Shown piece by piece: positions 8,632 through 15,948 of a stretch of DNA of 24,159 nucleotides; the stretch's first letter is position 1; the number at the start of each line of letters is the position of its first letter. A model generated the notes under the pieces. It was not told the origin of the DNA and did not search any database. It saw only the letters and a program-made list of their open reading frames with translations. The DNA is from Pseudomonadota bacterium. Its GTDB lineage: Bacteria > Pseudomonadota > Gammaproteobacteria > Acidiferrobacterales > UBA6901. Position numbers and translations under genes: made by a program. The stretch lies in NCBI GenBank assembly GCA_021834245.1, contig JAKBDW010000439.1:1-24159 (forward strand), in the 5' to 3' direction.

Positions 8632-9033
8632 GCTTCGTCGCTACTTTGTCGAGCTCAGACTTCTTGGGCTCGTGCATCATCGGCTACGGCTCCTCGCCTT
8701 CCCGATGCGGACCGACGATGCATCGCCGGTCAAGCCCAAGATCTCCCGGTTCCAGCGCAAGGAACATCCGCACATGCCAGGGTCTATGACCACGTCGGGT
8801 TATCCGAGCGCCCGCGTTAACGCGCCCGTCCGTGTTGCTTTCCATCTCACTGACAATGTCAGCACCCGAATCAGAAACTTTCGCGGCTCGATGCCTCGCC
8901 TGTACGTACCCCTGTCAACGCTTCGCATGCACCCTCGCGGGTGACCGCGCATGACTCGGGGCCGCCGTAGATTGCTAATCCTTCAACGTAGCGGACTTTC
9001 ACCGTCTATTCCTTGCCGGTTTCCCCGGCGCAC
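8632..9033 (-). mobile_element. Group II intron 5' remnant (domains I-III, class E-like), truncated by IS66
   Basis: 5' end GTGCGCCGG at 9033, followed by conserved blocks GGCCCCGAGTCATGCGCGG, GCGAAGCGTTGACAGGGG, GAGCCGCGAAA, GGAACCGGGAGATC, CGCATCGGGAAGGCGAGGAGCCGTAGCCGATGATGCACG and GAAGTCTGA...AGTAGC. Confidence 0.85.
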
Positions 9034-9074
9034 CTCAGAATTCCTGTCGCGTCCCGCGACGGAAAACTACTGAG
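9034..9074 (-). other. Imperfect hairpin abutting the intron 5' splice site
   Basis: Minus strand CTCAG-TAGTT-TTCC-GTCGCG-GGA-CGCGAC-A-GGAA-TT-CTGAG|GTGCG. Confidence 0.65.
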
Positions 9075-9099
9075 AGAAACCGCATGCTTACCACTTACG

Positions 9100-10266
9100 T
9101 CAGAATGATCTCGGTAGCTCAAGCACATGCTCAGCCACGTAAGAAAGAATCAAGTTAGTGGAAATTGGCGCGACTTGGTATAGCCGTGTCTCGCGGAATT
9201 TGCGCTCTATGTCGTATTCACACGCAAAGCCGAATCCGCCATGCGTTTGCAGACACACGTTTGCGGCTTCCCACGAAGCCTTCGCCGCCAAGTATTTCGC
9301 CATGTTGGCTTCCGCGCCACAAGGCTTATGCGCATCGTAAAGCTCGCAGGCTTTCCAGCGCATTAGATTGGCGGCTTCGAGCTCTATGTAGGTCTCCGCG
9401 ATCGGGAACTGCACGCCTTGATTTTTTCCAATTGGACGATCGAAGATAATGCGGTCATTAGCATATTTTGCAGCCCTGTCAATGAACCAGTAACCATCAC
9501 CGACACACTCGGCGGCGATGAGAGTACGCTCGGCGTTCAGGCCGTCGAGAATGTACATGAAACCGCGCCCTTCCTCGCCGATAAGGTTCTCCGCAGATAT
9601 TTCCAGGTTGTCGAAGAATAGTTCGTTGGTCTCGTGGTTAACCATGTTCGGGATGGGTCGTATCGTGAGCCCGTAATCGATGGCGTGACGGAGATCGACA
9701 AGAAAGACGGACATGCCATCCGATTTGCGTTTTACATCGGCGAGAGGCGTTGTGCGCGCCAAGAGGATCATCATGTCGGAATGTTGGATACGCGAGATCC
9801 AGATTTTCTGACCGTTGACGACGTAATTGTCCCCATTCCTGACAGCCGTCGTCTTTATGCGCGTAGTATCTGTACCGGCAGTGAGTTCCGTAACGCCCAT
9901 CGATTGCAGACGCAGCTCACCCGTGGCGATCTTCGGCAGATACAGACGTTTTTGCTTTTCGGAGCCGTGCCGCAAGAGCGTGCCCATGTTGTACATCTGG
10001 CCATGACATGCGCCAGAGTTGCCCCCGCAACGGTTGATCTCTTCCATAATCACTGAGGCCTCGGTGAGCCCAAGACCTGAACCGCCGTACTCCTGCGGTA
10101 TCAGAGCGGCGAGCCATCCCGCGCGCGTAAGTGCCTCCACGAAGGCCTCAGGGTAGGCGCGCGCTGTGTCCAATCGACGAAAATAGTCGTCAGGGAATTC
10201 GGCGCACAGGGCACGCACCCCGTCGCGGATGTCCTGGTATCGGTCGGGCGTGTTCACATTAGACAT
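9100..10266 (-). CDS. Acyl-CoA dehydrogenase, methylsuccinyl-CoA-dehydrogenase-like family found with itaconate-degradation genes
   Basis: NSGACHGQMYNM, LRLQSMGVTE, GQKIWISRIQHSD, LNAERTLIAAECVGD, RETRLYQVAPISTNLILSYVAEHVLELPRSF. Resembles, from recall, the ACAD of the P. aeruginosa ich-ict-ccl cluster. Confidence 0.85.
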   Translation of the reverse strand: MSNVNTPDRYQDIRDGVRALCAEFPDDYFRRLDTARAYPEAFVEALTRAGWLAALIPQEYGGSGLGLTEASVIMEEINRCGGNSGACHGQMYNMGTLLRHGSEKQKRLYLPKIATGELRLQSMGVTELTAGTDTTRIKTTAVRNGDNYVVNGQKIWISRIQHSDMMILLARTTPLADVKRKSDGMSVFLVDLRHAIDYGLTIRPIPNMVNHETNELFFDNLEISAENLIGEEGRGFMYILDGLNAERTLIAAECVGDGYWFIDRAAKYANDRIIFDRPIGKNQGVQFPIAETYIELEAANLMRWKACELYDAHKPCGAEANMAKYLAAKASWEAANVCLQTHGGFGFACEYDIERKFRETRLYQVAPISTNLILSYVAEHVLELPRSF

Positions 10267-10316
10267 GGCTCAGTCTCCATCCTCAGTTCCTTTGAAGGGT
10301 AAATCCATAATCGACG

Positions 10317-11468
10317 TCAGGTCGGGAGACGAAGAACGTCTTTTGCGATGATGTTTCGCTGGATTTCATTGGTACCGCCATAGATGGGGGCAGGCCGAGC
10401 GTGATAGAAGTTGGTGAGAACATCAACGAATTCCAGGCCAAAGTCGATGTTGCCGACCATGGCCCCGGCTGGACCCGCTGCCTCCACCATCAAATCAGCG
10501 ACCCGGGAATAGGTTTCCGTAGCCCAAATCTTCAGCAACGAAACGTCTGAGCCGAGCGTTTCATCGCGTTTTACCATATCGACGAACCGCGCATATACCG
10601 ACGCGAGGTCCGCGACATCGAGTTGGAGCTTGGTAAATTTATCGAGAAACACGGGATCCCCAAGAAGCCCTTGCTGACGCGCCATCAACTCAAGCCGCCC
10701 CAAAGCGTATTGGGACTGTTTGGGACTCCCCAGAGTAATACGCTCGAAGCCCAGCATCGCCTTGGCAATCGGCCAGCCCTTGTTGATTTCCCCGACGATG
10801 TTTTCCTTTGGCACTCGCACATTGTCAAAGAACACTTCACAAAACTCTTCCTGTCCAGCGAGGTTTCGTATCGGTCGAACTGTCATGCCGGGTGAAGCAC
10901 AATCAATCAGAAGAAAGCTAATTCCCTCCTGCTTCTTGCGCGCCTGCGGATCCGTGCGAGCCAACAGGAATATGTGTGTCGCGTCCTGAGCCAGCGTTGT
11001 CCAGGTTTTTTGTCCATTGACGACAAAATGATCGCCATCGAATACCGCTGACGTCGTTAAACTGGCCAGGTCCGATCCGGCATTGGGTTCCGAGTAGCCT
11101 TGGCACCAGATGTGTTCACCCTTCAAAATCTTCGGCAGGTAATACGCCTTTTGTTCGTCCGTTCCATGTTTGATCAGAAGCGGACCCACCATGGTCATCC
11201 CCATGTCCGGGGTACGAGCCACGCCCCACTGCTCCTGCTCCTCTAGGAAAATGAGGAGCTTCGTCGGCGACAATCCCATACCCCCGAACTCAACCGGCCA
11301 CGTCGGAGCGAGCCAGCCTTTTTTCGAAAGGGCGAGATACCAATCCTTGATCTCGCCCCAGCGAAGTCGGTGCGTTGGATAGCGCAAGGCCGAAGGATAG
11401 CTCTGCTCAAAATAACGGTGCACCTCAGAACGAAAGTCTTCATCATCCATCGCATTCCAGTCGGTCAT
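10317..11468 (-). CDS. Acyl-CoA dehydrogenase, catalytic subunit of a PimC/FadE29-type heteromer
   Basis: IWCQGYSEPNAGSDLASL, NGQKTWTT, LGFER, IYGGTNEIQRNIIAK. Start MTDW at 11468 overlaps the upstream stop (ATGA), with a GGGAG RBS. Confidence 0.9.
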   Translation of the reverse strand: MTDWNAMDDEDFRSEVHRYFEQSYPSALRYPTHRLRWGEIKDWYLALSKKGWLAPTWPVEFGGMGLSPTKLLIFLEEQEQWGVARTPDMGMTMVGPLLIKHGTDEQKAYYLPKILKGEHIWCQGYSEPNAGSDLASLTTSAVFDGDHFVVNGQKTWTTLAQDATHIFLLARTDPQARKKQEGISFLLIDCASPGMTVRPIRNLAGQEEFCEVFFDNVRVPKENIVGEINKGWPIAKAMLGFERITLGSPKQSQYALGRLELMARQQGLLGDPVFLDKFTKLQLDVADLASVYARFVDMVKRDETLGSDVSLLKIWATETYSRVADLMVEAAGPAGAMVGNIDFGLEFVDVLTNFYHARPAPIYGGTNEIQRNIIAKDVLRLPT

Positions 11469-12631
11469 GACGCGACTCCCCGAAACGATGTCCTTCCAAG
11501 CATCGCGTAGCGATGACGGTGGTAGGCCGAGTTGCCTAGCCATGCTGCAAGGACGAGTGCTCGGTTCAAATACAGCCCCAAATCGTACTCATCGGTGTAT
11601 GCGATAGCCCCGTGCAGTTGAATGGCTTCGCGGCAGATCCCGAGCGCAGCATCTGAGCAACGGGCTTTTGCACGGCTCACCGCGCCATGTCGGGCGGCCG
11701 AATCCGTTTCATCGTCTAAGGCAACCAGTGCATCGGCTACCGCTGCTTTGGACAGTTCTCTTTGGATATACAGGTCAACGGCACGGTGCTGTAGCGCCTG
11801 GAAGCTACCGATAGGCTTTCCGAATTGCACCCGCATTTTCATGTAGCCAAGCGTCATGTCCAGGGTTTTGCTCATCAGACCCACGAGGGACACGCTGGCC
11901 ATTACCGTTGCCTCATCTATCGCTACAGTTAAGGTGTGCAGGGCGTTGTTGCCAGCGCAAATCAGCTGTTCGTCTGTGACTTCCACCTGATTGAATGCAA
12001 TCCGCCCGATCTTCGACCCATCCGCCAACGGATGAAAACTGAGATCAACGCCCGGCGAGTCAACGGGAACCCAATATAGAACTGGACCTTGCTCGCTTCG
12101 TGCTGTAACGATAAAACCATCCGCCACATCAGCATGTCGCAGGAAAGATTTAATTCCCTGCAGTTTCGCCGGCCCTCGGGAATTTAATTTCGCAGTCGTT
12201 CTGATCAAATCCGGCTTGTACGATCCGTCGGGCTCCTGCCATGCAAGAAGGGGGATGAGGTCGCCGGTGGTAACTTTAGGCAAAAGATCCTCGGCAATTC
12301 TTCCACCCGCATGACAAAGTACCCCACCCGCGAGTGTGACCGCCTCTATAATGGGCTCTGGCGCCACTGATCCACCGAGTACCTCGGTGATAACTGCCAA
12401 CTCCGTAAAGGACAGGCCGAGGCCGCCGTATTGATCTGGCAAGGTGACTGCGAACCAGCCGAGTTCCGCCATTTCTCGCCAAACGGAGCGGTCAAAGCAA
12501 GAGGAGCGGTCCCGCAACGCGCGCGCGCGCGATGCGCCACCCGTGCGCTCGACAAATGCGGCAACGCTGTCCCTGAGCAGTCTTCTTTCGTCGGTCCGAT
12601 CGACCTTGACTTTACCAGTAGTCACCCTCAT
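11465..12631 (-). CDS. Acyl-CoA dehydrogenase, non-catalytic partner subunit (PimD/FadE28-type)
   Basis: DERRLLRDSV, WREMAELGW, RVQFGKPIGSFQALQHRAVD, AIQLHGAIAYTDEYDL, ending WLGNSAYHR without the xGT catalytic loop. The start is uncertain (12631 or 12643). Confidence 0.85.
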   Translation of the reverse strand: MRVTTGKVKVDRTDERRLLRDSVAAFVERTGGASRARALRDRSSCFDRSVWREMAELGWFAVTLPDQYGGLGLSFTELAVITEVLGGSVAPEPIIEAVTLAGGVLCHAGGRIAEDLLPKVTTGDLIPLLAWQEPDGSYKPDLIRTTAKLNSRGPAKLQGIKSFLRHADVADGFIVTARSEQGPVLYWVPVDSPGVDLSFHPLADGSKIGRIAFNQVEVTDEQLICAGNNALHTLTVAIDEATVMASVSLVGLMSKTLDMTLGYMKMRVQFGKPIGSFQALQHRAVDLYIQRELSKAAVADALVALDDETDSAARHGAVSRAKARCSDAALGICREAIQLHGAIAYTDEYDLGLYLNRALVLAAWLGNSAYHRHRYAMLGRTSFRGVAS

Positions 12632-12787
12632 ACCGCGCCTCATGTTGCATTCGCCCGACGATAGGACGCGTGCCAGCCAAATAACACTGCGCCACGTGAT
12701 CCAAAATCCGATCAAGCACCGCCCTCATTCGCTTTGGAGTGCCGCGGCCCTGCTCGCGCATGACTCTCGTCGCGGCGTCAAGGCCTA

Positions 12788-13080
12788 TTACACCAGTGAG
12801 GCACGGTGCCGCGCTTGTAATGCTTGCGCCAAGTCGATCACCGTCATGGGCGAGTGCATCTCGTCAATCACCAAGCAGGTTCGAGGACTGCCTTCCGGCA
12901 ACATCAAACCGCGCAAATACAACTCTGCCGGCATCCTTCGATCAACGTACGCCAACGCCGCGCCAATCACTTCACCGTACTTTTCAAAGTGACTCTCCAG
13001 GCTCTTCCCCACCACACACTTCTTGCAGTGACTGAAGATCCTGGCGGAATATTATGAACTACAGACGTTTCTAACACAGT
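12788..13080 (-). mobile_element. IS701-family remnant (left end and internally deleted transposase)
   Basis: End ACTGTGTTAG at 13080; FEKYGEVIGAALAYVDRRMPAELYLRGLMLP fused to SPMTVIDLAQAL. Confidence 0.7.
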
Positions 13081-13093
13081 GGACGTAAAAGCC

Positions 13094-14023
13094 CTATCCC
13101 AATTCAGCCATCAGTTCCGGGATTGCCTGGAATAGGTCGGCCACCAATCCATAGTCCGCCACTTGAAAGATGGGCGCTTCCGGATCTTTGTTGATGGCCA
13201 CGATCACCTTGCTTTCCTTCATTCCCGCTAGATGCTGGATCGCGCCGGAAATACCGACCGCAATGTAAAGTTCAGGCGCGATTATCTTTCCCGTCTGCCC
13301 GACCTGATGGTCGTTTGAAATGTAACCTGCATCAACTGCGGCTCTGGAGGCACCGATCGCCGCATTGAGTTTGTCGGCTAGCGGTTCCAGCAACTTGAAA
13401 TTCTCGGTACTTCCCATGGCGCGTCCGCCGGAGACCACAATCCGCGCGGCGGTGAGTTCTGGTCGGCTCGACTTAAAGATCTGTCGGCTTATTAGTTGGG
13501 ATAGTCCGCTGTCGCCAGTAGCGGCGACGGGTTCAATGAACGCGTTTCCCGCACACCCAGCCGCATCAAAACTTGTAGTGCGCACCGTCACAACCTTGAT
13601 GGCATCGACAGACTGCACCGTAGCCATAGCTGCGCCAGCGTAGATGGGGCGCACAAACGTGTCAGGCGACTGCACCGAGACAATATCCGAAACCTGAGTC
13701 ACATCCAGGAGCGCCGCAACCCGCGGCAGGAAATCTCTGCCGAAGGCGGTTGCCGCCGCCACTAGGTGCGTATACCAATTCGCCAAGGAAACGACAAGGT
13801 TTGCGAGGTTTTCTGGCAGCGCGCTGGCGTATTCATCGGCGTCCGCCACGAGGACTTTGGCCACTCCCGTCACCTTAGCGGCTTGGTCGGCGACGCTCGA
13901 ACAGTTCTTACCCGCCACCAGGAGATGCACGTCAAGCGCCATCATCGCCGCCGCGGTCACCGCGTTCAGTGTTGCACTCTTGAGCACAGCATTATCGTGT
14001 TCCGCAATAACAAGGACTGCCAT
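13094..14023 (-). CDS. etfA: Electron transfer flavoprotein alpha subunit
   Basis: [58 protein letters not shown]. Confidence 0.97.
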   Translation of the reverse strand: MAVLVIAEHDNAVLKSATLNAVTAAAMMALDVHLLVAGKNCSSVADQAAKVTGVAKVLVADADEYASALPENLANLVVSLANWYTHLVAAATAFGRDFLPRVAALLDVTQVSDIVSVQSPDTFVRPIYAGAAMATVQSVDAIKVVTVRTTSFDAAGCAGNAFIEPVAATGDSGLSQLISRQIFKSSRPELTAARIVVSGGRAMGSTENFKLLEPLADKLNAAIGASRAAVDAGYISNDHQVGQTGKIIAPELYIAVGISGAIQHLAGMKESKVIVAINKDPEAPIFQVADYGLVADLFQAIPELMAELG

Positions 14024-14025
14024 AC

Positions 14026-14775
14026 TTAGATCACCTTAGCTTCGTTACGGAGTTTTTCTATAAGAATTTTCACGTTCGGCACCAATAGCCCGCCCTTACG
14101 TTGCGGCGGATCGGAAATCTTTAGTGTCTTAAGACGCGGGCTAAGATCGATACCGAGCGATGCCGCGCTAAGCATGTCCAACGGTTTCTTTTTGGCCCTC
14201 ATGATGTTTGGCAAAGTCGCATAGCGAGGCGTATTTAGGTGCAAGTCCGTCGTGATCACAGCTGGCAGTTTAAGCTTCACGATTTCCAATCCGCCGTCGA
14301 CTTGACGTGAAACTTGGACATTTGCGCCGTCGCAGGTGACTTTCGAAGCATACGTGCCTTGACCCCAGCCAAGCAGAGCCGCCAACATTTGGCCTGCTTG
14401 GCCAGCATCGTCGTCGATAGCCTGTTTGCCAAGAATTACCAACTGTGACGCTTCCTTCACCACCACTTCTTTGATCAGCTTCGCCACGTGGAACGACTGC
14501 AACACCATGTCTGTTTCGACTAGGACCGCCCGATCCGCCCCCAGGGCAAGTGCACTTCGTAATACGTCCTGCGAAGAGACAGCACCAATCGAGACGGCAA
14601 CGACCTCGTTCAACACACCTGCCTCTTTCATTCTTACTGCCTCCTCGACGGCTATCTCATCGAATGGATTCATCGACATCTTTGCGTTGGCCATATCGAT
14701 GCCCGTTTCGTCCGATCTAACTCTTACCTTAATGTTGTAATCCAGGACGCTCTTGACTGCGACCAACGCTTTCAT
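14026..14775 (-). CDS. etfB: Electron transfer flavoprotein beta subunit
   Basis: [53 protein letters not shown]. Confidence 0.97.
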   Translation of the reverse strand: MKALVAVKSVLDYNIKVRVRSDETGIDMANAKMSMNPFDEIAVEEAVRMKEAGVLNEVVAVSIGAVSSQDVLRSALALGADRAVLVETDMVLQSFHVAKLIKEVVVKEASQLVILGKQAIDDDAGQAGQMLAALLGWGQGTYASKVTCDGANVQVSRQVDGGLEIVKLKLPAVITTDLHLNTPRYATLPNIMRAKKKPLDMLSAASLGIDLSPRLKTLKISDPPQRKGGLLVPNVKILIEKLRNEAKVI

Positions 14776-14826
14776 CGTTACTCCAATTCGTGTTTGAATT
14801 CCGGTCCTTCAGAACGTCCCTTCGTA

Positions 14827-15708
14827 TCAAACGGATTCCAAAGTCAGTTCTACGACTCCGTTGTTGAGCACCACGATATCTCGCGCGTCTACTCTTGCAC
14901 GTAGCCGAAGTTGGTTTTCACTCTCGCGCCATAGCTGGAAGCGCACTGTTTCGCCCGGCCACACTGGCGCGGTGAAGCGGAGCGCCATGCTTGAAAACCT
15001 CGACGCTTCGTACCGACAACATGTCTTCAACACTGCGTGCGCTGCCATGCCGAAAGTGCAGAGACCGTGGAGAATCGGCCGAGCGAACCCTGCAGCCCTT
15101 GCGACTACAGGGTCCACATGCAAAGTGTTGTAGTCACCGCTTAGACGGTAAATTAGAGCAGCCTGCTCCAGCGACGAAAGTTCTACCTCAATGTCCGCCG
15201 CACGCTCCGGGATTGGCGGCAACGGCTCTGGTCCTGGATCGCTGAGACCTTTCTGCTCACTGTATCCGCCGTCACCACGCAGAAACGTAACCATCCTGTT
15301 TCGTGCCAGCAGCTCTCGATCCATCTGATCCATGATCTCGCGCTCGATCACCACGATGGCTCCCTTACCAGGGCCTTTATCGGTGATCGACACAACCCGA
15401 TTCCGAGCAATGACCGTTTCCTCGACCGGCATCGGTTTGAATAAGCGGATATGCTGCTCGCCCTGCATTAACTTGACCCAGTTCGCGCCGGTCGCAGAGT
15501 CTTTCCACCAGAAACCCGGCGAACCGAGCACCGCCGCCATAGTTGGTACTGCCTGTAGATTTCTCTCGAATACGAAGCGTAGCTGCCCCTCGTCCAGCGG
15601 ATCCCCCCCCATACCAATGCCTAGCGCATAGATTATGGTGTCGCGCCAGCTATATTTTTGCACGATCTCGCCGAAGTCCCAGTTCTTAACGGCTTGATAG
15701 TTGAGCAT
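14827..15708 (-). CDS. R-specific enoyl-CoA hydratase 2 (MaoC/MFE-2-type double hot-dog)
   Basis: YSWRDTIIYALGIG, LMQGEQHIRLFKP, IYRLSGDYNTLHVDP (hydratase-2 motif with P->T), ILHGLCTFG, FTAPVWPGET. Confidence 0.9.
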   Translation of the reverse strand: MLNYQAVKNWDFGEIVQKYSWRDTIIYALGIGMGGDPLDEGQLRFVFERNLQAVPTMAAVLGSPGFWWKDSATGANWVKLMQGEQHIRLFKPMPVEETVIARNRVVSITDKGPGKGAIVVIEREIMDQMDRELLARNRMVTFLRGDGGYSEQKGLSDPGPEPLPPIPERAADIEVELSSLEQAALIYRLSGDYNTLHVDPVVARAAGFARPILHGLCTFGMAAHAVLKTCCRYEASRFSSMALRFTAPVWPGETVRFQLWRESENQLRLRARVDARDIVVLNNGVVELTLESV

Positions 15709-15876
15709 CTATGTCTCTTTGTGCGGAGTTTCTTCGATCTTGATTTCAACGGCGACCGTAATCCATGTGTCAGATAGATCAATGAGTAGGCGCTGAAATG
15801 ACGCCGCGAATTCAAACGTTGAGACACCACCGCAACGAATTAATGATTCGGCACACTCGCAGGAGACAGAAGCCGC

Positions 15877-15906
15877 TCGCTCACCTTTGTGCTAACGGGT
15901 GAGCGA
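15877..15906 (-). other. Intercistronic stem-loop after the carboxylase genes
   Basis: 9-bp inverted repeat TCGCTCACC / GGTGAGCGA with a 12-nt loop. There is no U-tract, so it is not a clear intrinsic terminator. Confidence 0.35.
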
Positions 15907-15948
15907 TAAGTACCTCTCAAGGAGAGCGGGCGAATACGTTAAGTGCCA

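Noticed and set aside
8543-8944. 133-aa ORF on the + strand
   Set aside because: Antisense to the conserved intron RNA domains, with no protein motif.
10317-12715. Extended starts at 11543 and 12715 for the ACAD pair
   Set aside because: The extensions lack family similarity and RBS. The ATGA overlap supports 11468, and 12631/12643 fits the homologue length.
12612-12761. 49-codon minus-strand frame MREQGRG...EARYEGDYW upstream of the ACAD pair
   Set aside because: It could be the tail of a gene deleted by IS701, but I recognise no family and see no RBS.
15709-15890. Open minus-strand frame ending TAG immediately before the hydratase ATG
   Set aside because: No start codon or recognisable motif, so it cannot be supported as a gene.
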